Positions 48,789 to 60,800 of a stretch of 64,000 nt of DNA are shown piece by piece. Origin of the DNA: Vezdaea acicularis. Lineage: Eukaryota. The notes below the pieces were generated by a model. That model made no database searches and had not been told where the DNA came from. It saw only the letters and a list, made by a program, of their open reading frames with translations. Position numbers and translations under genes: made by a program. The DNA is taken from assembly GCA_026025075.1 (NCBI GenBank), contig JAPEUI010000076.1, forward strand, positions 1 to 64,000, in the 5' to 3' direction. Each line of letters begins with the position of its first letter. Position 1 is the first letter of the stretch.

Positions 48789-50897
48789 TCACACATCCTT
48801 CCTCGTCGCGGTAGACGCCTCAGTGCCAGGTTTGCCATCAGGAGAAACCCCTCTCAATCCCTCCTCTCCAGAAGAGTCGCCCAAGCTAGCGCTTTTATCA
48901 GCTGGCAAGCCCTGGACCTCAAGCCCCTCCTCGGCTAGAGCTTTCTCCTGGCCTTCAGTGAGATCATCAAGATTAAGCGTAATCTTGGGGCCTGTGAACC
49001 ATTTGCGGGCGTCGATATAATAATACGCTAGCGAGCCGATCCAGACCGCGCAATTGATGACGACGGAGTAGTTCATATTCGCTTCTAGGAGAATGTAAGT
49101 CTCTGATTTCGAAATCAAGCCATAAAGACGGAAGGGATGCTTACTGGTTGGATGGGGCCCGTTGACGGGGAACATTGAGAGGATCGTTCCAAAGATAAGG
49201 AAGATGACGGCTGTCCAAGCAATGATGGGGCTCATAATACGTCCAGTATAAAAGGGACCGGGCTTGAACTTGTGCTGCCCGAAAAACACACGACAGAAAA
49301 TTGGTGTCCCCCAAGCAACGTTGTTACCTGCAACAGCAAGGGAGAAGAGCGCTTGAGCAGCGGCTGGGGCGATGAGACTAAGTAAGCCTAGGATGATCGC
49401 CAGGAACGCACAACCCCAGATCGTGCGAAGTGGGATGTAGCCAAATTTTTGTGAGATTGGCCGGAAGAACTTGCTGAACGGTAGAGCACCATCACGCGAA
49501 AAAGCCCAGGACTGACGCGAAGCTGCGACAATCTGGGAGTTTGTCAGTGCGGGCTTAGAAGTTTTTGCGATGGAGAGAACTCACAATAGACAGTCCCATC
49601 ATGAACTGTACGACGAAAAGAAGGGACATCAAGCCAATAGCCCCATGTTTACCCACAGAATCATAATATATCTGTTTGAGAATCAGCTTGATCCTTTGCT
49701 GAGAAGACTTGAGAGTCTATATACCTGTGCCATAGGCTGACCAAAAGACGATCCCAAAACAGATTCAAGGTCTGTGTCTATTGTTGCACTAATCGTGACC
49801 ATGATAATCCATCCAAGTACCCAGCACATTCCGATAGACATGACGATACCCCAAGGTACGGCTGTCGTAGCATTGGCCGCCTCCTCGCTCATATGAACGC
49901 ACGAGTCAAAAGATCCCACGGTCCAAATAGGGGATAACCACGACATGAAGAATACCCACCCAGTAGGCCATGTAGTGAGGTTGGTCTTGTTCGTAAATAT
50001 GTACGATGCCGGGTTGCGCTCAGAAGCCAACCTCTTACCCACAGGTAGGGCAATAATAGTCGCTGCGATAAGAATAAGGTTCATCACCACAAAGACTGTC
50101 TGCAGCTTGCCCATAACCTTCGAAAGAAGAGACGCTAGGATTGCATGACATAAGACACAGCCTGCGAATACTCCATAGATGGCTCCATTTGTGGGAGTGT
50201 ATGAGCCATCCGATGCAATTACTACGACGGATAGGAGCATAAGAGAAAATCCATCTAATGCACCATATTAGCAGAGAACAGCGTTACCCAACCGAATGAA
50301 GACATACAATCAATAGAGCAAAGTCCACCGACGAGGCCTAGTGTATTGCTGTACCCAACTAGGAAGCTAAGTGGGTTTCTCGTTTTTGGTGATGCGAAAA
50401 AATGGGTCCACCAATAGAGGCCTCCTGAAGTTGGCATCGAGGACCCCAAATCGGCCTGACAAAGCTTTTAGCCATCGTGCGAATAAGTCTGAGATATCTC
50501 CCTACCATAGCGAGGCCAACAATAAAGATAAAGAAGCACGCAACGAACCATCCCTGTGCTTGAACATTAATACATGCTAAAATACGAGTTGGCGGCGAAG
50601 CTATACATACCCAGACCATACCGACTGGCCCCGCAGGAATAGAGAAAGACAAAGTCGAAGCAATAGACGGCAAAAGACCCATGATACTGAATGCGATCCC
50701 GAAAACTTCTATCATGGTGAAATTACGTCTCAACTCCTGCTTGTACCCAAGGCCCGCTACAAAGTGTTAGAAACCCTGAAGATTGATAAGACTAGAGTTT
50801 CCTCACCAAGGACAGCAGCATCATCCTCAGTCGCCAACTTGGGGTCGACATTACTAGGCCGTCGTTCCCCATCATAATTTGGTAAATCTCCAGCCAT
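48789..50897 (-). CDS. APC-superfamily amino-acid/GABA permease (UGA4-like)
   Basis: LGYKQELRRNF, FSIMGLLPS, SMPTSGGLY, FDSCVHMSEEAANA, SRQSWAFSRDGALPFS and NMNYSVV. Multiple introns. Confidence 0.92.
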
Positions 50898-51741
50898 AAT
50901 AGGATCCTATTTGACGAAGGCCGCGACGAGATCTCTCCGTAAAATACAAGGATACTTCACCAAGTTCCAGACCACAGCAAGGCTTTTATGTTTGGCTCCA
51001 TCTCTCACTTCTCAAACGGCGTGGGGTTAATGCCATGGCACCATCCACCGTTGACCGGGTCCCCTGCCTAGTGAGATACCATTGGTAGCAATCAATTGGA
51101 AGATGTGTGCAAGATTGGCGGGTCACAACAGTTTGACCTTCCAGCGAGGAAGGTGGCTTGAGATACGGCGTCATACTTGCGAACGACAAGGATTAATTGC
51201 GATAAGCAATGATAAAGCGGTGCCGAGGGAGCTTAAGTTTGACTAGAGAGCTATGGCGCCACGCCAGAAAAAGGCAAGGAAAGCGGGGAGATCTGCAGTC
51301 GGCCTATGATAGCGGCATGAGATGAACGAGTCGCGAGCTGGGATAATCTGCCACTATGTAGATCTGGTGTACAGGCCATGAGAGTTGATACCAGTCTGTG
51401 TGGCATTGAAAGAGAAAGTTGATGTGGTTCAAAGGGGTCTTGAACTGAATAGATAGAGTTGTCTGGCAGGGAGAGAACTAAGCATATCGGTGGTGCACGT
51501 GAGGAGTTGGGGTTGTGTCCCAATTATTGGATTCCGTCCAGAACACATGATAAGATATTTGAACATCATATCTGCCATTGATATCCAGAACTGTCAGCTT
51601 TAGTTGTATATCTTGTTCTAGCACGCTATGATATTGGTGGGGGTAAACTTTGATTGGTCCGCCGTTCAGGGTCTTACCGAAGTTGCAAAAATGTTCATCG
51701 AATATATGATACCTTACTAGCAGTATTGGCACGCCACCAAA

Positions 51742-52332
51742 ATGCAACGTCGAATGGTTTGCCGCCTGTTCCAAGCTTTAGAAATCTCTACAATTACTAA
51801 CATGACTCCCCAGCTGAGCACTGAAGATGAGGCTGCCACAGGTGGCGAGGAAGTTCAAGTCCGACGAGAGGACCAGGATAAGATCAATCGATTTAGCCGG
51901 CTCAACCAGCGAGAGATACTTCTGGAGGAGGAGATGAAAACTAAGCATGTAAGTACATACACTGTATTAGGGTACAATCATCCTTCCATCAGTTCACTAA
52001 TTCAAGGTTGGACTACACAGAAAGACAAAGAAGACCTTGACGAGATATCGAACGAACTGGAGTTAGCTGACGAGGACAACTTAATCCCGTAAGGTTTCGC
52101 TGTTCAGAAGAGGCAGCTTTGGAAACTAATCCTTGGAAGTTATAAAATTGGCGATACCTTTTTCAAGTTGACACTACCAGAAGTACAGACAATGCTCACG
52201 GCCTCCGTGGAAAGAATTGATGACGAAGTATCAAGAGTCGAAGAGAAGCTTCAAGAGGTTCGAGAAGAGATGCAGCAACTGAAAGTGGCCCTGTACGCCA
52301 GGTTTGGTCGGAGTATCAATCTTGAAACATAA
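51742..52332 (+). CDS. GIM3: Prefoldin subunit 4
   Basis: EVQVRREDQDKINRFSRL, IPYKIGDTF and LKVALYARFGRSINLET*. Introns 51757-51813, 51949-52020, 52089-52139. Confidence 0.95.
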
Positions 52333-52757
52333 GAATTCCTTTCCTGGGTACAATTGTGATTGATCTTCAACGGCTTGGTTTTTCAACTAATACGCTGTAT
52401 GCCGTGATACCTACACACCAAGCCCGACCAGTTCTCAGTTTCAACTGTGTTATTACACGAGCGCCGCTAGCCCATCACGTTCGACCAGAGCTTAATCATT
52501 GCCAGACATTATCAACGGCAATCGTAACATGACGTCATTCTCGGTCAACTAGACTAAAAGTACGTCCTATAGCACACCTATCCACCCATGATCTAAACGC
52601 CGTCGGCAAAAGGTGCCGGAAGGGCAAGGGGTCGGGGCCAGGACCATGACATCGCTATGAAACACATTTTGGAAGCCATGATATTAGTCCTTGAGCCTGG
52701 CTCTGATCGAGGGTGCCAAATCTATTCCTCTGCATTAGACATGTAATTAAAAACCCA

Positions 52758-54748
52758 ATGCGTTCCCTCGATGAGATATCGCAGTCTGCGTACAGTACTT
52801 CAGCCACTGAAGAGAGGAAGTCTGACTTAGAGGGACGTAAGTTGCGGATCACAAGAGCTACTATCGTAACAACGTCACTGACTGTCGGCCTAGCTCCTGT
52901 CAAGCCCCATGAAGCGAGCAATGTGCCCTTCGACAGAGATGACAAAGAATCAAGCTCGTGTCCTCAAAGGGACGATGAGTCGCGGCAGGTCATCGATTTC
53001 TTGCCCAACGATGTTGACAACCCGACGAACTGGCCAATGGTAAAATTCTTGATTGTTCAATTAGGGGCGCTACTGAAGAGGCTTAGTGGCGAAAGAACTT
53101 GGTTATCTTAACGGGCATCAGCACATCATTGAATAGCACGTGGGGCACAGCCTTGCCTAGCAATGCTATTCCTTTCATAGCACAAGACTTTGGAGTAACC
53201 AATAAGCTACAACTCGTACTTCCAGTCTCAATATATATTGTCGGTTATATTCTTGGCCCTATAGCTTTTGGCCCCTTGAGTGAGACTTATGGGAGAAAGA
53301 TCATCCTGGTGTCAACCTTATCCGCCTTTACTGCGTTTACTCTAGGTTGTGCTCTAGCGCCGAATTGGCCCGTTCTCCTTGTATTTCGCCTCTTTTGCGG
53401 AACTGCAGCATCTGCGCCACTAGCCATCGTCGGCGGCCTTTTCGCTGATGTTTTTGACGACCCGTTGCTGAGAGGAAGGGCTATAGCTGCTTTCATGGCC
53501 GTATGTTACCCTCAGCCTTATACTGCAGTAGATAGGTGCTGACTTGCTAGACTACAATTTTTGGACCACTGCTCGGCCCTGCTGTATCTGGCTTTATATC
53601 TGTCGTTAGCTGGCGATGGACATTTTGGGTAGGCCTTATTTTGATCGGCGTTTCGTGGATACCACTCGTATTTCTTCCTGGTAGGGTTATACCGCACGAA
53701 CCTATGTAGGAATCGAGGCTAAGAAATCGTAGAAACATTTGGACCCACGATTCTGAAGCGAAGAGCTTCTAGAATGCGAAAGGAGACTGGCAACTTGAAT
53801 ATCTTTGCTCCAATCGAACTAGAAGAGAAGGGCGCTAAACATATGATTGCGGTAACTCTGACTCGACCCTTTCGAATGTTCTTTTTCGAGTGGATTGTAC
53901 TTTTCTCATGTCTCTATCTTGCCTTTGCGTACGGCATTTTCTTCATCAACGTTGAGGCATACCCTATCGTCTTCCAAGGTAAAGAGTCTCGTCACGCTTC
54001 AAAGGCACTCAAAATTGACAATCGACATAGGAGTTTATCACTTGAACTATGGCCAATCTGGGTTAGCATTTCTCCCTAGTAGGTTGAAACCCCTTTCCGA
54101 CTGACAGAATGGCCTTTGACATTTACAGTCGCTGTCGGAAATTTCTTTGCGTGCATAGCATTCATATTTTGGGACATCCGGGTGAACCATGCTAGAAAAC
54201 GGAACGCCTCATGGACTAAGGAGGAAGAATACAGACGGTTACCTTTAGCTTGCTTAGGTGGGCCCTCCATCGTGTTGTCACTTTTCTGGCTCGCTTGGAC
54301 GGCTCGAGAGGATATACACTGGATTGTGCCCATGCTATCTGGAACCTTCTTTGGATTTGGCTTCTTACTTATCTTCATCGCATTGTTCAATTACATGGCA
54401 GACGCATATGAAATCTACTCTGCGTCGGCGCTTGCTGCGGCAGCCATCTCCCGAAGCATTCTCGGCGCACTTCTTCCCCTTGCCACAGACAACATGTTCA
54501 CTACCCTCGGAATTGGGTGGGCTTATTCACTTCTAGGCTTTCTGAGCCTTATCATGACCGTCGTTCCGTTCATCTTCATCAAGTGTGGAGTCAAGATTCG
54601 ATCTCGGAGTGAGTTTTGCCAGTACCTGGCTGCTCAGAAACGGGAAAGGGAAGGGACGCTCGACGTTGGCCATAACGATTCCAGGGAGGGCGGAAGCTAT
54701 GAGAATGCCGACTTTGTCGAAAGTGGCATTACGCGAGAGCATCAATAG
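52758..54748 (+). CDS. MFS multidrug/polyamine transporter, 12-TMS (DHA1)
   Basis: D.DNPTNWP, GPLSETYGRK, WRWTFW, LPETFGPTIL, LTRPFRM, EYRRLP and YSASALAA. Confidence 0.92.
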
Positions 54749-55716
54749 AATGGTTTGTACCGTCGTTGTGGCCCGGCTCCTAGGGTGACTTGGGTGTGCA
54801 TCTGCACATACACGACAGCTTTGGATACTATTATGATTAACAAATACTCGCTAGAACATAAAAGTGATCTTTCGCTATCCCAAAGTATGATCCTGAAACA
54901 TGTCGTCCTTGGAGACACGGCTACCGTATTGTGTCCGGCTCATCCTTTTTGCTTCTCCTCCAAAACTTTGATCTCTTCACTTCCCGGTCGTTCGCTAGCG
55001 CGCTGTTGTACGCTGGTGGTAGTTCAGACTGCAACGACTCGGTGCTGTTGCGCTGAGATCCTTGAACTTCTTGGGCCCGTCCTTCCGCTTCCCCCGATTG
55101 AAGAGCTTCCAACCGGGCATCCGCGCGCTTCGCCTTCTTCTCAACCCGAACCTCCCGTATCCTGTGTTCTGTCAGTTAGCTACACTCATGTTTGTGCATG
55201 GCGGCCATACTTCTTGTACAGCATCACTGTACCAACAATTAAGCCTGCCATGGTCTAAGGAAAGCTTGATGTAGGTGATGTAGGGATGTTTAAACGTAGC
55301 GATCCGCGAATCTTAATAGTGCCGACTTTTGTGCACCCGGTAACTACGCACGTTTTGCGGGGAATAACACAAGCTTTTTATCTTGGCAGCGCTAAACAGT
55401 TCTATCAAGGGCAAAGAGGCGGATTCTACGCGTACGAAAAGCCGGCAGAATGATCGCGTGATCTCAAAGCCCTACTGTATGTCATGACACTCGGTCCGCA
55501 AGCCCCCGAAAAGTTCGTCATCGACGTCCCCTGCCGCACTAGCGGGCTCGCTTGTTCGTCGCGCCTTGGCAGGAGCAGGGGTACCTTCGAGCCGGTATCA
55601 ACAACTTCTCGAAGCCCCAACTAGCCGCGGCACCTCGCCACAATGCAATTCCCTTAACAGGTGCCCTGCCGTGCTGTGACGTGTGTACTGGCCACAGGGT
55701 GTGGTCCTCCGCCGCG

Positions 55717-56608
55717 ATGATGCCTCGTACGAACCCAAACAACCCCTCACAACGTTCCCTCCCAACCGCACAACAACACCGCCCACCGCCTCCCCCCATG
55801 CCTCTTGAGCCCACCGGCACGAACGCCGCCGCCGCGGCAGAGGACATGCAGATCGACCGTGCCCCCGCGCCGCAAGACCGGGATAGCGACGGAGAGGAAG
55901 CCGAAGACGGCGAAGACGAAGACGGCGAGGAGGGAGACGGCGAGGGCGAGGATAGTCAGGAGACTGGTACTGCGAGCCCGATATCACAACCCCGTCGAGC
56001 CCACAACTACGTAGCATCGCTAACAATACAATCTCTCCCCAGAAAAACTAGAGCCCTTCGATACCACGCACCTGAAAGAAATCGGCAACCTCGCCTCCTG
56101 GACCGTCTCCAGCGCCAAACCCGGCTGCGGCGTCGACGCGCTGCGTTCCGGGTCGACCTCGCAGTTCTGGCAGTCCGACGGGCCACAGCCACATCTGCTC
56201 AACATCCACTTCTTCAAACTCGTGTCTATTGTGGCCCTCCGCGTCTACCTGGATTATAGCGCCGACGAATCGTACACCCCGACTAAAATGTCTTTTCTGG
56301 CGGGCACGGGATATCACGATTTGCAGGAATTCGTGGAGCTGGCGTTCGAGCAGCCGAAGGGCTGGATTGAGGTTGATCTCTCGGGCGTCAGTGGCGGGAG
56401 AGGTGAGGAGGAGGATGAGAATGTGTTGAGGTGCTTTTTGCTCCAGGTGAGGGTTGCGGAGAATCATCAGAATGGGAAGGATACGCATGTTAGAGGCGTG
56501 CAGATCTATGCGAGGGAGGAGGGGGAGAGGGGGAGGGTGAGGAGGGAGGAGAAAGGGGTGCAGGGCTTGGAGATGCCCGAGTGGATGGGGGAGGTTATGA
56601 TGAGGTGA
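55717..56608 (+). CDS. DOC1: Anaphase-promoting complex subunit 10
   Basis: After intron 55967-56042: LKEIGNLASWTVSSAKPGCGV, FWQSDGPQPH, DESYTP and ENHQNGKDTHVRG. C-terminal M-R tail. Confidence 0.95.
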
Positions 56609-56893
56609 TGGGGGGTTTCGGGTGGTGCATTACTGGGGGGTTTGAGTGGGGTGGGCTTGAGCGGACTCAGTGAACTCACTCGTGTGCATGGTCAAGGCGT
56701 TTGGAAGGGGCATGGTGCTGGTTGGCGCCGATGAATTGAAGCTTTTATAGCCGGGCTAGTCAAGACCCAGCCTGCTTCAGCAAGGGTTCATCATAAGCCA
56801 AAAGTCCAAGCCGGCGTGCACCTGCGCCGCGTGACAAGGAGCGTAAGAGTCGACTACGAACTGTCCCTGCAGAACTGCTCCTCGGACAGTATC

Positions 56894-58293
56894 TCAAGAA
56901 GTATGTCTCTCGAACAACACCTCAAGCGCCCTCGCGATGGAGTCGCCCATCTGCGATGTGCTCGTAGATCCTCCGATGTCCTTCGTCTTCACGCCGCTAT
57001 CGAGAGTCGCCTCGACAGCCTGCTCGATACACTTGGCTTCCCAGTGATAGTTGAGTGAGTATTGAAGCATCATAGCCATCGAGAGGATCGCAGCCACCGG
57101 GTTCACTATCCCCTTGCCAGAGATGTCCGGCGCAGATCCTGCAGAGAGTCAGAGACTAGCATACTCGTAGGGGAGACTCGAAAACTCACCATGGATTGGC
57201 TCGTATATCCCATTGACTTTGGTCTTTCCATCCGGTATGCCAGTTACACTCGCGCTCGGTAAAAGGCCAAGGCTGCCTGGTATCACACTGGCTTCATCGC
57301 TGATGATGTCTCCGAATAGGTTGCTCGTGACGATCACGCCATTCAAGCTTCGTGGGCTCTTGACCATGAGCATTGCCGCCGAGTCGATCAACTGGTGTCC
57401 GATTTGTAGCTGTGGGAACTCATTTGCCATCGTCTCCGTCACAACCTTCCGCCACAGTCGACTCGTCGCCAAAACATTGGCCTTGTCAAGACTCCACACT
57501 GGTTGAGGGGGATCGGATTGCAGCGCCACGTATGCCGCTAATCGTGTTATCCGCTCGATCTCGGGTCTCGAGTATGGCTCCGTATCCCATGCGATGCCAT
57601 CACCGTCATCCTCTTTCCGCTCTCCGAAATATATCCCCCCCGTCAGCTCTCGGATGATGGTGAAGTCCACTCCCTTACACACCTCAGCTTTCAGGGGCGA
57701 GTGCTCGACGAGCGAATTGGCGGCGAAATTACATGGTCGTAGATTGCCAAATGTATTCAGCTCCTTCCGTAATTTGAGTAAGCCCTGCTCCGGGCGGACC
57801 TTGCCCGTGCCCCATTCCGGCCCACCGATCGCGCCGAGAATCACCGCATCTGCAGCTTTGGCGGCCTCCAGAGCCTCTGTCGTTAGGGGCTCGCCGGTAG
57901 CATCAATCGAAGCCTAAGACCACACCCATGTTCCATCAGCAGTGAGGCGGGGTGTTTCAGTCGGGAACCAGCAAACTCACGCCACCCAGCAGATGATATT
58001 GGAAATCGAACGAAATGTGCGGATTACATTTTTCCACGACTCTCAGGACCTATTCTGCGTCTCAGTTCTGATGCGCGGGGCAGAGCTTCGAGCTTGCCAG
58101 CGGTTGCGGAGGAGGGGCCGTGGCCACCATACCTTAATGGCTTCGGTCGTGACCTACAATAAGTTAGCAGCCAATCGCTTTCAGCAACTAACTCGTCATT
58201 TGTTTTCTCAAGGCCGGGTTTTGGGGGAGATTTTGTTCCTACCTCAGGCCCACAGTGGTCCCCCGCGAAGACGACGATCTTGTGGAGTGTCAT
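56894..58293 (-). CDS. LEU2: 3-isopropylmalate dehydrogenase
   Basis: [55 protein letters not shown] and YEPIHGSAPDI. Four introns, including a 21-nt exon. Confidence 0.97.
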
Positions 58294-58434
58294 TGTGGGA
58301 TTGGGCTGCGGAGCGATACTGCAGCTTGCAATGACTGGGCTGGGGGAGGCTTAGGCGTGCATCGCGCTTTCATTGATCTTTTCGATTCGTTCTCGCGTCA
58401 GTGGGGCAAGAAAGGTGTTAGGCGGGGCAGCTCG

Positions 58435-58444
58435 CCGATTGCGG
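58435..58444. promoter_or_regulatory. Putative Leu3/LeuB binding site CCG-N4-CGG
   Basis: CCGATTGCGG lies about 140 bp upstream of the LEU2 ATG. Confidence 0.55.
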
Positions 58445-58718
58445 AGGAGCACCAGCACCACTGCATTCACTCAATCTGCTTCCCTAACATGAAAACTATG
58501 TTCAAGGCAGCATGCTAGAAGCAGAGCTAGGTTCGATCCTCAGCTGTTTCCGTGCCTTAAGATTCAAGCTACTCCCACTTTTATGAAGAAGGTACAATAA
58601 AGTGACAAGTGAAGCGCTTCAAGTCAAACCGAACAGCAAGATAAAGATACAACCACAGTAACATAACGCCTCACAAATATCCCAACAGGCCTTCCACAAC
58701 TCCAGAACTTATCTCAAT

Positions 58719-59588
58719 CTAAACATCACTCATCTGAACTTCCGAAATCTCCCAAGCGTCGGCGCTCAAGAAGTCCGCATCCTCGAAATCAACCTCTGCG
58801 ATCGCCCCTCTCCTTATACTCTTATTCTCCTCGTTTCCCCAAATGTTTACATTCTTGAACGGATCCTTTCGCCGCGTCTTCGGAGTCGCCATTGGCCGGA
58901 TATTGTTGAGGTTCGGCATGTGTGTATGGCTCACAGGTCTTGTGCGCGGTGAGACCGGCTGGAGATTGTTGGCTTCGTCCCATACGAACGGGTGGTAACT
59001 TGCATCTTCAGCAGTCTCTGGATCATATGGCCGTTTATGTGGATTCGCGGGCGGAGTGCAGGGCTCGACGAACGAGAGGGTTGAGCTAGTCGAGGTTTGT
59101 CTCAGTGATAGGGTGGCACTGGTCGAGTTGCTCAGGTCGATAGAAGACTGGGCCGTGGCTACAGTCGGATCCGTGAAGATATTGATAGGCTGATTCAGCG
59201 TGCTAAGAGCAGTGCTGGACTGAGACGAGAGCCCGCCGACCTTCATGATGCCACAGTAGGGCGTCAGCCCCGCCATCTGGATGCCAGGAGCTGAGTGTCT
59301 CCTCTCGACACAATCACTGTTCATGGGCCCGTTGTGCTCGCCGCCTTCCATCCTCGCGAAGCCGAAGTCCTCGCTCGGATCAGTCTTGTAGCCTTCAGGC
59401 ACAGACTTTCTGACCCGCATGCCGACGTTAAGAAGCGATGCTTGAGTTTGCGCCGGGAGAGGTGGAAACGGCGTATCCGCGAGCCTGCGAGCGTAGTCGT
59501 GCTGGTAATCGTCGCGATCTGGTCGGGCGAAGAACGAGGTGATGCTAGGTTGGAACGGACGTTTTGTTTGTCTTGCCGCGCTCGGCAT
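58719..59588 (-). CDS. Ribonucleotide reductase inhibitor, Spd1/Dif1-like
   Basis: RNR-inhibitor motif QASLLNVGMRVRKSVPEGYKT, N-terminal PIP-like QPSITSFF and C-terminal DFEDADFL. Confidence 0.8.
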   Translation of the reverse strand: MPSAARQTKRPFQPSITSFFARPDRDDYQHDYARRLADTPFPPLPAQTQASLLNVGMRVRKSVPEGYKTDPSEDFGFARMEGGEHNGPMNSDCVERRHSAPGIQMAGLTPYCGIMKVGGLSSQSSTALSTLNQPINIFTDPTVATAQSSIDLSNSTSATLSLRQTSTSSTLSFVEPCTPPANPHKRPYDPETAEDASYHPFVWDEANNLQPVSPRTRPVSHTHMPNLNNIRPMATPKTRRKDPFKNVNIWGNEENKSIRRGAIAEVDFEDADFLSADAWEISEVQMSDV

Positions 59589-59882
59589 CGCAAGTGAGAA
59601 GAAGAAGAAGAAGTGAAAGAAGTAGCCTCGGTAGACAAAGAAGCCTTTCAGACTTCACGACAGGCTCGACCGAAAGAAGGCCGCTCCGACGGATTCGCGC
59701 GAGCTCGTTGGTTGGGGAGAAGAAGAAGAGAATCGTGAATGTCAACGTAGACGTTCTGGCGATGTGGAGCCCGCGAGTGAAACGTTTTTTCCCGACATTC
59801 ACTCGTGCAACGAGTTGGGGCTCTTTGCTACCATGGATCTCGTTTCCAGAAACCCTCCTCGCCTCAAAACCCGCGCATCCAG

Positions 59883-59905
59883 AACGCGAAATTCGCGAAA
59901 CGCGT
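59883..59905. promoter_or_regulatory. Cluster of MCB/SCB-like G1/S elements
   Basis: AACGCGAAATTCGCGAAACGCGT contains two CGCGAAA and one ACGCGT within 23 bp, about 300 bp upstream of the Spd1-like gene. Confidence 0.6.
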
Positions 59906-60800
59906 AAGGAAGGTTCAAAGTGGTGCGCTAACCCTCTTTGAAACGAAGTGCCAAGAACTGGTGGACGACGCCCAAGTTGCCCCACGGGAGGTCGCCCCGA
60001 ATTCGTCGGATTGATAGCTATGTAATGCGCCATCTCCCCTACAAAATTTTCAATGTGGGGAAGACCGGAGAAATGTGCAGTCATAACGCTATTCCACATT
60101 CGATAAAAGCCCAAACTCCACGCAATCGTACAACCGTCTTTCCTATCCTGGTCCGGCTTTGAATTGTCATTCACGGTCCCGCTTGCTTTTCATTTGAGCA
60201 ACATCGGACGTGTTGTGGGGCTAGAAAGTTGGGGGTAATGGTGTTCTAGGGGAGAAGGGACGGAGGATTGGGTCAGCATTTAATTCAAGGGCAGGAAATG
60301 GACGAGAAAAAGGGGTCGGGGGGCCTTTGGCACTGAGTTGTTATGCGATGAGTATTGCATCGAAGAGTATGTCGAATACCTGGCCGCGGTGGACACTTTC
60401 TCTAGGTCCTTTACATTGACAAAAAGGGGGTGTGTGCTAGTCACAACAAGATCACGAGCAAATAGCATCAAGAAATATATTTCACTTTTTTGAATTTTTC
60501 TCATGATGCTAGCCTTGCACTTTGTTCAGTGGCTCTCATTAGTCAACCGTCCGTATACCCAATCCGGTCGTTCCATTCATATCATGTACCCAATCGTGGT
60601 TGCCATCGTCTAAAAGTCCCCGCCCCCGCTCTCCACGGCCAAAACATTAACTTTCTCCAAACCAAGTCGACCCCAATGAAAGTAAAAATGCAAGGGAATA
60701 CGCATGAAGCGAGCACGCAAGCACTGTGACCCTTTGCGAACGAAAGAAAATTGAACTATTAAGGCATCCCAGGTCGTGACGGAAGAGGCGCGATAGGCAA

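Noticed and set aside
58520..58550. tRNA suggested by GGTTCGATCC
   Set aside because: I could not build a D-arm, anticodon arm or acceptor stem around it.
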